From the NCBI GenBank assembly GCA_014728035.1, contig WJMJ01000046.1, forward strand, positions 64,001 to 128,000: 64,000 nucleotides of DNA, given 5' to 3'. The DNA is from Promethearchaeota archaeon (GTDB taxonomy: Archaea > Asgardarchaeota > Thorarchaeia > Thorarchaeales > Thorarchaeaceae). A program made the position numbers and the translations under genes. Numbering within the stretch: position 1 is the stretch's first letter; every line of letters starts with the position of its first letter. This document shows, piece by piece, positions 10,013-19,422 of the stretch. A model generated the notes under the pieces. It saw nothing but the letters and a program-made list of their open reading frames with translations, searched no databases and was not told where the DNA came from.

Positions 10013-11134
10013 ATGCAATTCGGAGCAGAACCCAATGAGTTCAGTTGGATAATCAACTTAGCATTCTTTGCATTTATCATGATATTCAGCCTCTATGGAC
10101 AGAAAATTCAGATGTGGCAATGGCTGAAACAGATTGAATTAGGTCTAATTGAACTGAAGAAGATGGCATTGGAATCAAGACAGACCGCGATTGACACGTT
10201 CAAGATTTATGGACGTGAGGAAGAATACGTCGCGAAGGAGATTGATCGCTGGAGTGACTTTTTCACAATTATGCCAGTAGACCTTGATCCAGCAGGAGTT
10301 TTACAACGTATCGACCACTTATTCGAACAAAGAAGTGACCGGTTCAAAGAGTTCGTAGGCCAGTTAGCTCCAGAAGCAACAGATAGTGAGAAGCTATCAC
10401 TCGAAAATACACTAGAGGTTGCTCAAGTTCTAGGACTCATATTCCGAGTTGTCAGGCATTTCTATATCCTAGGAAAGAAGACTGGAAGTACCATAATGGT
10501 CATGCAAATTCAGATGCAGCTCCCCGAGTTACTTCGTTTAGCTAAAGCATATCACGGTGCAATCGATGCTTTTGCTGAGGGAAAACCCATTGGGGATGCC
10601 ATTGGGCCTCTTGTTGTGACCAAATTTGCCCGAGAACATGGTGCTACCGCAGATAGCTATATCCCAGAGATAACACGAGAGGTGGGATATTACGAAGTTG
10701 AATTTGAAGGGAGGACAATCTATGCAATTCGCGCTTCTGGGCCTGGAGGAACCGTTGGAAAACCTGGCTTTGCAGTTAAGAAAATGGTGGAGCAAAAATC
10801 TGGCAAGATCACGCGTATAATCACCGTTGACGCAGCTCTGAAGCTAGAAGGAGAAAAAATGGGACGTGTCGCAGAGGGAACTGGAGCAGCCATAGGAGAT
10901 ATAGGTCCTGAGAAACATGCTATTGAACAAACTGCTACCGACCACGGAATCGGTATCGAAGCCATAGTAATCAAAGAGAATGAAGAAGTAGCTGTAGGAG
11001 TAATGGATAAGCGAGTCCTTGATGCGGTTCCAGAAGTTATAGAGAGAATTGAAGCATCTATTAGAAACAGAACGAAGCAGGGAGATCATGTTATTCTCGC
11101 AGGAATAGGTAACACGATCGGTATAGGGCTTTGA
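10013..11134 (+). CDS. DUF1512 family protein
   Basis: N-terminal TM, PVDLDPAG, PIGDAIGP, TVDAALKLEGE, GIGNTIGIG. Confidence 0.85.
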   Translation: MQFGAEPNEFSWIINLAFFAFIMIFSLYGQKIQMWQWLKQIELGLIELKKMALESRQTAIDTFKIYGREEEYVAKEIDRWSDFFTIMPVDLDPAGVLQRIDHLFEQRSDRFKEFVGQLAPEATDSEKLSLENTLEVAQVLGLIFRVVRHFYILGKKTGSTIMVMQIQMQLPELLRLAKAYHGAIDAFAEGKPIGDAIGPLVVTKFAREHGATADSYIPEITREVGYYEVEFEGRTIYAIRASGPGGTVGKPGFAVKKMVEQKSGKITRIITVDAALKLEGEKMGRVAEGTGAAIGDIGPEKHAIEQTATDHGIGIEAIVIKENEEVAVGVMDKRVLDAVPEVIERIEASIRNRTKQGDHVILAGIGNTIGIGL

Positions 11135-11135
11135 G

Positions 11136-11513
11136 GTGAATGAATTGGGATTAGTATCTAAAATAATTGGTTTTCTTATTGCAGCAGCTGGAGGATTTCT
11201 CATCTACTGGGGGTCTCTTCCGGGAATGGAAGCATGGTCGATGATTTTGTTCTTAGTAGGAATTACTGTCGTAGCAATCGGTTCAAGCTTACTCTTTGCA
11301 GGAAGAGGACAAGAGGAACCAGAGCCAGAACCACCAACTGTGACCGAGTTGCAATGCCAAGAACAAGACTGTGATTTCAAGGAGATAAGAGATTTCAAGA
11401 AAGGAGATTTCATTCTTAAAGAAGTGGAACAAGAATGTCCAAAATGTCAAGGACTAATGATGATAGAGGGAATATACATAGTCAGAAAAGAGGAGGAGAC
11501 CCCTCAATTCTGA
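11136..11513 (+). CDS. Membrane protein with C-terminal Zn ribbon
   Basis: Two TM helices; CQEQDC...FKKGDF...CPKC...IEGIY; coupled to DUF1512. Confidence 0.75.
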   Translation: MNELGLVSKIIGFLIAAAGGFLIYWGSLPGMEAWSMILFLVGITVVAIGSSLLFAGRGQEEPEPEPPTVTELQCQEQDCDFKEIRDFKKGDFILKEVEQECPKCQGLMMIEGIYIVRKEEETPQF

Positions 11514-11515
11514 CT

Positions 11516-12421
11516 CTATTCTGTCAGAATAATTGTTTCATCTTCACTAATGAAGACCGTATGTTCTGATTGACTTGACGGTCTTCCCTTCTTTGTTATT
11601 TGAACGGGATATTTTTCGAGGTATTTGTGTTTGATTAGCTCTAATAACGATTGAAAGATATCGATGTCCTTCGATTTTGTCCCAATCCATCGAGATGTAA
11701 ATGGAAAGGGCCCATATTGTTTTCTGAGATGTAATCGAAGTTTTTCAGTTTCTCCAGTCAGAGGTTCATCCTTAGGAATATTGGAAAAAATATAGATCAA
11801 ATCACTATCTATTACAGATCCAACTCCATTTGTTGCATATGGTTCTATGGCATAGCACTCGCCAATCTCCACAGTTTCGGATGTTCTCGTCTTAACATTG
11901 GGAACAGATTTGCCTGCATGAAGTCGGTATCGTTCTATACTATGCCCAAACAGGTTCTTAATTGGTTTGAGTCCATATGTTTTAATGACTTTTTCAATAA
12001 CCTTTCCAATCTCGCCTAAGGAGGTTCCTGGACGCATTACTCGAATAGCCTCTTGTAATGCATCATCCGTAGCGATGGCAAACCCTTCCAAATCACCACT
12101 CAAATCAATTGTTCTAGCCGTGTCTACAATGTATCCCTCGACATGGACACCAATATCCACCTTTACCATAGCATCAGGAGAAAGTACTGTTGGATCTCCA
12201 ATAGGAGAGGTATAATGAGCGGTATAATGATTTTGACTAATAGTGCAGGGAAATGCAGGTTGGCCACCATATTCCAAGATTTTCTTCTCTGCTAACGTGC
12301 AAAGAGTGAATATCTTACTTTCGGGTTCAAGAATAGCACAAATCTCATCACGAACACGAGCTGCAATTTTTCCAGCTTTGACATGGGAAGGGTGGGGTTT
12401 CGAAGTCAAGTAATACACCAA
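11516..12421 (-). CDS. map: Methionine aminopeptidase type II, paralog A
   Basis: AFPC, HYT, KVDIG..DTART, GHSI..LHAG, AIEP, QSEHTV. Confidence 0.92.
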   Translation of the reverse strand: MVYYLTSKPHPSHVKAGKIAARVRDEICAILEPESKIFTLCTLAEKKILEYGGQPAFPCTISQNHYTAHYTSPIGDPTVLSPDAMVKVDIGVHVEGYIVDTARTIDLSGDLEGFAIATDDALQEAIRVMRPGTSLGEIGKVIEKVIKTYGLKPIKNLFGHSIERYRLHAGKSVPNVKTRTSETVEIGECYAIEPYATNGVGSVIDSDLIYIFSNIPKDEPLTGETEKLRLHLRKQYGPFPFTSRWIGTKSKDIDIFQSLLELIKHKYLEKYPVQITKKGRPSSQSEHTVFISEDETIILTE

Positions 12422-12467
12422 TTCTAACCATGTGAAATGATACTTAAGATATTCCTTAGGCGCGAAT

Positions 12468-13388
12468 CTAGTTTCTTCTAGTAGTCACAATAGCTCCGTC
12501 AGATCCAACAAAAACAGAATGTTCTGCTTGGCCAACCATTCCTTGCTTTCCTTCTAAGAGAACCGGATAAGAGTGGATTACACCGGACCGAACCAAGGTT
12601 CGCAGAACAGATCCAAGGTCAATATTTTCAACCATGCCAAATAACCACCGAGATGCCCAAGGGAGACTTCCAAACTTGCGTCGAGCAATGTTACGAACTC
12701 GTGTGGAGATGGCATCCAATTTTTTCTTACTTGAAAGATTGTTAGAAAAAATGTATGCAAATCTATCATTGCGAATAGTGCCATTGCCATCAGTGGAAAA
12801 AGGTTCTATCGCATAACACTCGCCCAACATCATTTTTTCAGAAGAACGTGTAGACACGTTTGGCACGTTCTTACCAGCATGAAGTATACCACGACGAAGT
12901 TGATGACCTGAAAGCTGATGGACTGGCTTCAAACCATAAGATTTGATTCTCTTTTCAATAACTGAACCAATATCACCAAGCCGAACCCCTGGGCGAACCA
13001 TAGAAATGGCTTCTTTCAATGCATCTTCTGCAGCCAATTTGAACTTCTCGTATGAGCCATCAAGATCCACTGTAAGTGCAGTATCGGATAGATATCCATT
13101 TACACTGACTCCAAGATCAATTTTGACAAGTCCTTTTTCGGGAAAAATTTTGGTGTCACCATATGGACTTGTATAATGTGCAGCCTCTTGATTTATTGAA
13201 ATATTACAGGGAAAAGCGGGTCTACACCCCTTCCCGCCATATTCCAAGATTTTCTTCTCTGCCAATGTGCAAATGCGTAATACTTTTTCTCCAGCTTTTA
13301 TGTGATGCACTATATCATTCATTACGCGCGCTGCTATTTTGCCAGCAATTACAAAATCAGGATGTGGAGTCCCTGTCATAATGACCAC
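12468..13388 (-). CDS. map: Methionine aminopeptidase type II, paralog B
   Basis: AFPCN, AAHYT, KIDLG..DTALT, GHQL..LHAG, AIEPF, QAEHSV. Confidence 0.92.
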   Translation of the reverse strand: MVIMTGTPHPDFVIAGKIAARVMNDIVHHIKAGEKVLRICTLAEKKILEYGGKGCRPAFPCNISINQEAAHYTSPYGDTKIFPEKGLVKIDLGVSVNGYLSDTALTVDLDGSYEKFKLAAEDALKEAISMVRPGVRLGDIGSVIEKRIKSYGLKPVHQLSGHQLRRGILHAGKNVPNVSTRSSEKMMLGECYAIEPFSTDGNGTIRNDRFAYIFSNNLSSKKKLDAISTRVRNIARRKFGSLPWASRWLFGMVENIDLGSVLRTLVRSGVIHSYPVLLEGKQGMVGQAEHSVFVGSDGAIVTTRRN

Positions 13389-13487
13389 AAATTGAACGAA
13401 ACATCCTTTGACTTAAGCAGTTCTATTGTGACTGGCGAAAAATAGAAGAATGATATAATACTATATCAAGAATAGGAAGAATTCAAG

Positions 13488-14156
13488 ATGAAGATTACAT
13501 ATTTAGGCCACGCATCATTTAAGATTGAAGGAGATGGAAAGACCATCTTTGTAGATCCTTGGCTAACAGGGCCGAAATCTACTACGAGTATAGATAAAGT
13601 TGACAAGGCAGATATAGTTCTTGTTACTCACGACCACGGCGATCATGGATATGCAGAGGCAATTAAGATTTGCAAAAAGACGGGGGCAACTTTTGTAGCA
13701 ATAAATGAACTTGGAATAAAAGCAAAAGATGAGGGAGTGTCGAATGTTCACACGCTTAATATAGGTGGTAGTGTGATGATAGAAGATGTTGTTGTGACGC
13801 TCGTTCAGGCATTCCATTCAAGCGCAAAAGGAGGACCCACTGGATTCATTGTGAAATTCCCAAGTGGAACATTCTATCATGCGGGAGATACAGGTATTTT
13901 TTCAACAATGAAAATATTTGGGGAATTATACAAACCTGATGTCTGCTTACTCCCAATCGGCAGCTATTACACTATGGACATACAGCAAGCAGCAATGGCA
14001 ACAAAATTGCTAAATCCTAAATATGTCATTCCTATGCATTATGATACTTTTCCAGTCATCCAAGCGGACCCCAAAGAATTCAAAGAGCTAGTTAGAAAAG
14101 TAAACCCGGAAACGGAAACTAGAATTTTGAAACCTGGAGAGTCAACTGAGATTTAG
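13488..14156 (+). CDS. Metallo-beta-lactamase-fold hydrolase (UPF0173)
   Basis: LGHASF, THDHGDH, YHAGDTG, IPMHYDTF. Confidence 0.9.
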   Translation: MKITYLGHASFKIEGDGKTIFVDPWLTGPKSTTSIDKVDKADIVLVTHDHGDHGYAEAIKICKKTGATFVAINELGIKAKDEGVSNVHTLNIGGSVMIEDVVVTLVQAFHSSAKGGPTGFIVKFPSGTFYHAGDTGIFSTMKIFGELYKPDVCLLPIGSYYTMDIQQAAMATKLLNPKYVIPMHYDTFPVIQADPKEFKELVRKVNPETETRILKPGESTEI

Positions 14157-14165
14157 AAGTAAAAC

Positions 14166-14397
14166 GGTGGTCGATGCCTCTCGCCCATCACACCAACTCC
14201 CAGTATCATAGCAACGGATATTGCATCCGGCTCTACTGAGCTGTCTCGCGGAGGGTCTCACAGCATCGACCTGCCCGCCAATGTACGATGCCTGGGTGAC
14301 CCGAAGTTCATCTGAAAGACATTCGTCTTCATCACTCAAGTCCGTTACGACTCGTCCGATTGGTCTTTGGCAGGCTTTGTTCAAGTTGTGACCCACC
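14166..14397 (-). ncRNA. Unassigned structured RNA, about 232 nt, with two K-turn hairpins
   Basis: GC-rich intergenic tract; 5' GGUGGGUC pairs with 3' GACCACC; U-tract follows; G-U pairs and K-turns form only on the minus strand. Confidence 0.7.
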
Positions 14398-14897
14398 ATT
14401 TGCGCACTATATCATAGGAATTAACCTCAATGTGCCCTCGAAAATGGGTCTTGAATCACTTGAACATGATTGAATTGACATCAATCGTTATTAGATTTGT
14501 TAATTGTGTGTTACAGGTATCATTTTTTGGTCCAAATCAATCTGACATAACGACAGCTTCAAATAAGCAATTGTCAAGAGTCAACAAGTACGGTGGACCA
14601 ATATGGGTCTACTTTGCAAATCATCAATTCATCATAATTACATGCGCCATGAACTCCCCAATTGATTTTATCAAATGACGAGTTACCGCTGCGCAAATCA
14701 CATGACAATTATCATTCACATCATTCACAGGATTATCAACTTGTCAATCACACTGCAAAAACTAGGCAGAGTTTGAGAATATGGATTTATACTGAGTGAG
14801 CTGGAGTGGGAATAGTACTCTATTCCTGATGTGCATAAGAGCGGTTGCCCCGTGTCTTACGAGGGAGATTATGGTAGCAATATCATAGGAGAAGTGT

Positions 14898-16163
14898 ATA
14901 GAAATCGGAGCAGGCGATTTCGACTCAAGTACCGCCAAGTACGTCATTCGAGCAAAAATCGAAGTTGACGGAGTCGTTGACAAACCAGACGTTGTTGGTG
15001 CAGTATTTGGTCAAACGGAAGGGCTTCTTGGAGAAGACCTAGATCTACGCGAATTACAACGCACAGGAAGAATCGGAAGAATACAGATTGCTATCCGTTC
15101 ACAGGGCGGAAACAGCACTGGTGAGATAGTCATTCCAGTATCTCTTAACAAGACTGCTACTGCAATACTTGCCGCATCTCTAGAAACAGTTGATAGAGTA
15201 GGTCCTTGTACAGCAAAGATTACTCTAGAAAAACTTGAGGATATTAGAGGAGCCAAAAGGCGGAAAGTGGTAAGTAGAGCGATTAGCATTTTGAAAGGGT
15301 GGGAGGAAGACATTGCACCAGGTGCCGAAGAAATCAAAGGAGCTGTAACCCGGGCTAGCAAGAAATCCGTGACGAAATATGGTTCTGAAAAACTACCAGC
15401 TGGGCCAGATTTGTCGTCAAGTGACGAGATTATCATTGTTGAAGGACGTGCGGATATAATCACTCTCATGAAGAGTGGAATCAACAATACAATTGCTGTA
15501 GAGGGAACACATGTACCAAAAACCATTATGGAATTGACTAAGAAGAAGGGTAAAACCATTATTGCATTTCTTGATGGGGATCGAGGAGGAGATCTGATAC
15601 TAAGAGAGCTTATGCAGGTAGCCCAAGTTGATTATATTGCGAGGGCACCAAAAGGAAAAGAAGTAGAGGATCTAACACGCCATGAGATCACAAAGGCGTT
15701 ACAGGCTAAAATTCCTGCAGAACAAGCACTTGCACTAGTTAAGGGAAGAAGTTCAAAACAAAAACAAACAAGAAAGTCAACCCGTTCCAAGAGCAGAGAG
15801 TCAAAAAGGGATAAGCCATCCCGTCGGAAAGAACCAAGGTCGAGAGAGAGAAAAACCACCACAAGAACATCTACAGTAGATGCAGTATTTTTGGAAAAAG
15901 TAAAGGAAATCAAGGAAACATTCCAAGCGGTCCTTTATAGTGAAGAGCAGAAAATCATAGATCAGTGCGGAGTAGCAGATTTAGCTCAAACCCTTGAGAG
16001 AACAAATGATGTGACAACAGTCGTTTTTGATGGAGTTGTAACTCAAAGGTTAGTTGATATTGCAGCTGAAAAGAAGATTGAAACTCTTATCGCAGCAGCT
16101 GTGGTGGACTTAGATAACAAGCCACGAGGCGTCAAAATAATAACATTTGAAGACGTAAAGTAA
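14898..16163 (+). CDS. dnaG: Archaeal DnaG (exosome-associated, TOPRIM); start probably non-canonical ATA 14898 or ATC 14904
   Basis: In-frame extension KYVIRAKIEVDGVVDKPDVVGAVFGQTEGLLGEDLDLRELQRTGRIGRI upstream of the ORF-track start; VEGRAD, FLDGDRGG, FDGVVTQRLVD. Confidence 0.92.
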   Translation: MEIGAGDFDSSTAKYVIRAKIEVDGVVDKPDVVGAVFGQTEGLLGEDLDLRELQRTGRIGRIQIAIRSQGGNSTGEIVIPVSLNKTATAILAASLETVDRVGPCTAKITLEKLEDIRGAKRRKVVSRAISILKGWEEDIAPGAEEIKGAVTRASKKSVTKYGSEKLPAGPDLSSSDEIIIVEGRADIITLMKSGINNTIAVEGTHVPKTIMELTKKKGKTIIAFLDGDRGGDLILRELMQVAQVDYIARAPKGKEVEDLTRHEITKALQAKIPAEQALALVKGRSSKQKQTRKSTRSKSRESKRDKPSRRKEPRSRERKTTTRTSTVDAVFLEKVKEIKETFQAVLYSEEQKIIDQCGVADLAQTLERTNDVTTVVFDGVVTQRLVDIAAEKKIETLIAAAVVDLDNKPRGVKIITFEDVK

Positions 16164-16207
16164 GTTACATACCGTAAATAATAATGGCCATTTCCCCACC
16201 ATTTATG

Positions 16208-16253
16208 TACTCTCTGTGAGTGAAAACCTACAAGAAATAACTCACAGAGGGTA
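16208..16253 (+). other. 14-bp hairpin between dnaG and the OsmC-like gene (terminator or processing signal)
   Basis: TACTCTCTGTGAGT / ACTCACAGAGGGTA with 18-nt loop. Confidence 0.5.
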
Positions 16254-16301
16254 TTGCCCCCTGTTTTTGTAAGTTTGACCGTACAAAGGAGTTAGAATGC
16301 C

Positions 16302-16748
16302 ATGGGAAACTCGACTTTCGAAATAAAACTTAGTAAAACACAGAAAGAAAAAGTGCATCAAATCCAACTTGGAGGCGAAAAGAGTACACTAGTATGTCCT
16401 CCACCAATGATTGGTGAGATTGATGATGCAACCAGCCCGCACCATTTATTTTTAGCATCAGTGGGAGCATGTGTCAATCTTGTATTTGAGATAGCGTTAT
16501 CCAAAGCTAGAGTGGAATTATACGATATCCAATCGGATATTGTTGGGGAATATGAAACTATTGAAGAAACTAATGAGAGCAAATTCACGAAAATAAGGAT
16601 TACAACTTATGCCACGGTTCCAGAAGGAGTTCCTGAGAGCAAGATTCAACGCCTCTATTCTTTAGCACATGGAAATTGTCCGATTGGTAATTGCCTTGTA
16701 GGTTCATGTGTAGATTTGGAAACCAAGCTTGAAATCACCTACAAATAA
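16302..16748 (+). CDS. OsmC/Ohr family protein
   Basis: SPHHLFLASVGAC and AHGNCPI cysteine motifs. Confidence 0.82.
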   Translation: MGNSTFEIKLSKTQKEKVHQIQLGGEKSTLVCPPPMIGEIDDATSPHHLFLASVGACVNLVFEIALSKARVELYDIQSDIVGEYETIEETNESKFTKIRITTYATVPEGVPESKIQRLYSLAHGNCPIGNCLVGSCVDLETKLEITYK

Positions 16749-16848
16749 TACTTCAACGTGGAGAATGATATCTCCACTATATTTTTTGTATCAAGAATAC
16801 CGTGTATTACTCACAATTATGTCAGGTTAATTCAATTCACTTCTTGAT

Positions 16849-18306
16849 GTGACCAGTAAAATGGATGCTGACAAAAAAGATGAATTCCTGCAAATAGAAA
16901 CCACTGCTGAGATTAGTGTTAGCAGCAATCCATTTGAGAAAATAATAGGACAGGAACATGCAATATCACTTGTGAAGTCAGCAGTAATGCAAAGAAGACA
17001 TGTCTTGCTCTGTGGAGTGCCAGGAATAGGAAAATCCATGCTAGCGAAAGCAGCAGCAACATTGCTTCAAGCCCCAAAACATGAGATTAGAATTCATAAC
17101 AATCCAGAGAACCCGGAGAGACCAATCATTTCAGTCCATGATTGTGATTATTCACAAAAAGATGATGATGTATCAGACTATATCGACACAAAATACGCTC
17201 GTCCTGAGGAGTTGCCCTTTGACATAGGAGTTGAAATGGGATACCGATGCCCAAGGTGTGGCAGCTATTCGCTTCCAGAGCACAACTTGTGTATGGAATG
17301 TGGATCTAGCAAGAGATGTGACCACATTGGAGATAACTCGTATCATGGCCTGTTTCGTATGCTTGATGTTATCCAGGAACCAGCTCTTGGAAGCCATTCT
17401 TGCTACGAAGAAATTGATGGGACAGTTTATGAAGTTCTATATCAAAGAACAAATCGAGATACTATTCAGATAACAAGACAAGTAGCGAAAAGTCAGGCAT
17501 ATCCACGAGAAGAAAAAATGGATATTTCACAGAGGATACTCGTATCTAGAAATACTTCACGATTCATAAGAGTGAGCGGAGCAAGTCCTGTTGAACTCTT
17601 GGGAGACGTAAAACATGACCCATATGGTGGTGAAAGAGGACTTGGAAAGGAAGCATATCTTCGAGTGATACCCGGTGCGATTCATGAGGCTCATGAAGGA
17701 ATATTGTATGTGGATGAGATAGCGGCACTTGGTTCATATCAGAAACATCTACTAACCGCAATGCAAGACAAGAAATATGCAATTTCTGGGCATAACGCTC
17801 AAAGTTCAGGAGCATCGGTGAGAGTTGATGACGTTCCTTGTGATTTCATACTTTTTGCGTCTTGTAACTTAGAAGATATACAAAAAATAATCCCTCCATT
17901 ACGTTCGCGAATTCGCGGATATGGATATGAGATCATGTTAAACTCATGGGTTGATAAGAATTCAAGCAGTATAAATGACCTCTATCGTTTTGTAGCTCAA
18001 ACTGTCAAAGAAGACGGAAAGATTCCACACTTCACCCAAGAAGCACTGGAAGAAGTAATTGATTATGCTGAAGAAATGGCAGAGAGTCATGATGGGAAAC
18101 GGAATGCACTTACACTCCGTCTGCGAGAATTAGGTGGCTTAGTACGAATAGCAGGAGACCTCGCCGTACAGGACGACTGTGAGATAACAGAGCCGATATA
18201 TGTAAAGCGAGCAAAATCAATCTGCAAGGGAATAGAGCTCCGAATTCATGGAAGAACCAAGTCTACTGAACAAGTGCATCGAGATTACGGAAGCTATTTC
18301 TTCTAA
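16849..18306 (+). CDS. LonB-type AAA+ ATPase lacking the protease domain
   Basis: IIGQEHA, GVPGIGKS, LLGDVKHDPYG, GAIHEAHEGILYVDEI, LRSRIRGYG, LRLRELGGLVR; stop soon after. Confidence 0.88.
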   Translation: MTSKMDADKKDEFLQIETTAEISVSSNPFEKIIGQEHAISLVKSAVMQRRHVLLCGVPGIGKSMLAKAAATLLQAPKHEIRIHNNPENPERPIISVHDCDYSQKDDDVSDYIDTKYARPEELPFDIGVEMGYRCPRCGSYSLPEHNLCMECGSSKRCDHIGDNSYHGLFRMLDVIQEPALGSHSCYEEIDGTVYEVLYQRTNRDTIQITRQVAKSQAYPREEKMDISQRILVSRNTSRFIRVSGASPVELLGDVKHDPYGGERGLGKEAYLRVIPGAIHEAHEGILYVDEIAALGSYQKHLLTAMQDKKYAISGHNAQSSGASVRVDDVPCDFILFASCNLEDIQKIIPPLRSRIRGYGYEIMLNSWVDKNSSSINDLYRFVAQTVKEDGKIPHFTQEALEEVIDYAEEMAESHDGKRNALTLRLRELGGLVRIAGDLAVQDDCEITEPIYVKRAKSICKGIELRIHGRTKSTEQVHRDYGSYFF

Positions 18307-18333
18307 GGATTCAGAATCTTCTTTGATGCTACT

Positions 18334-19422
18334 TTGAAAATCCTGAAACGCATACTAAAAGAAGGAAAAATGGTTCTGAAAATGGAGTCATTAGATGATC
18401 TCTGGCACCTTTACAACATCATTGCCAATGGAGACCGAGTGATTTCTCGTACTTCACGACGAATACGAATAGGAGATGAAGACAGCAGAAAAAGAGAGAG
18501 TGTTCGAAAGGTGATGACACTCGTTTTAGAGGTCGAGGATGTTGCATTTCATTCATTTAGTAATAGGCTGCGGATAAAAGGAATCATTCTAGAAGGTCCG
18601 GACGACTTGGTAAATATCGGATCGTATCATACATTCAATGTGGAGCAGAACGATATTATAACAGTCATCAAAGAATATTGGCCAAAATTCTTACTGAAAC
18701 GAATCAAGAAAGCAGTTCAGGACGAGAAAAGTCCAGTCTGTATGATAATAACAATAGATGATGACGAAGCTGAATTATTTCTTGCAGCAGACTTCGGGCT
18801 TCAAAGTGTATTGAGTATTAGATCGGGAATTTCGAGAAAGCGAGGGGACCAGAAATCACATGATGCGACTATGAGAGAGTATTTTGATGATGTTACATTA
18901 GCGGTACGAGCGCAGATAGAACAGAATGAAATAGCACTTATCGTATCAGCTGGTCCTGGATTTGTCAAAGAGCATTTTGCTAAACATCTTCGAGAAGCTC
19001 ATATCAAAGACCTGCCTTCAATTGCAGTTGAAACAACAAACTCTACTAAGGTTACGGGAGCAAAAGAAGTACTATACAGAGGTGTAATATCAGAAACTCT
19101 GACAGAGATAAAACTCGAACGTGAAACTCAACTTGTAGAGAATATCCTCACTCATGTAGCAAAAGATGATGGATTGGGAATTTACGGTAAAGACGAGGTT
19201 GCAAAAGCTGTTCGATTCGGGGCAGTTGAAGAATTATTGATTACTGATAAGAAACTAAGAGAGGGCTCTGAAAAAGATAGGAAATGGATGGATCGACTTA
19301 TTCGTGATACTGAGAAAATCAGAGGTGAATTCCATATTGTAAGTACAGAACATCCTGCAGGAGATTTACTTGAGAATTTAGGAGGGATAGCTGCGGTTCT
19401 CAGATTTCGAGTTGAATATTAG
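18334..19422 (+). CDS. pelA: Pelota (Dom34) ribosome rescue factor
   Basis: ESLDDLWHL, GSYHT, AGPGF, LGGIAAVLRF. Confidence 0.96.
   Translation: MKILKRILKEGKMVLKMESLDDLWHLYNIIANGDRVISRTSRRIRIGDEDSRKRESVRKVMTLVLEVEDVAFHSFSNRLRIKGIILEGPDDLVNIGSYHTFNVEQNDIITVIKEYWPKFLLKRIKKAVQDEKSPVCMIITIDDDEAELFLAADFGLQSVLSIRSGISRKRGDQKSHDATMREYFDDVTLAVRAQIEQNEIALIVSAGPGFVKEHFAKHLREAHIKDLPSIAVETTNSTKVTGAKEVLYRGVISETLTEIKLERETQLVENILTHVAKDDGLGIYGKDEVAKAVRFGAVEELLITDKKLREGSEKDRKWMDRLIRDTEKIRGEFHIVSTEHPAGDLLENLGGIAAVLRFRVEY

Noticed and set aside
14166-14397. SRP RNA, RNase P RNA, tRNA-Sec, or the 85-aa ORF 14142-14399
   Set aside because: No helix-8 GNRA/AGCAG, no GAGGAAAGUCC-type core and no cloverleaf. The ORF has no motif and overlaps the hydrolase stop
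16208-16253. Hairpin with GAA...A loop as an archaeal SECIS
   Set aside because: Lacks the short upper stem, and neither neighbouring gene has an in-frame TGA
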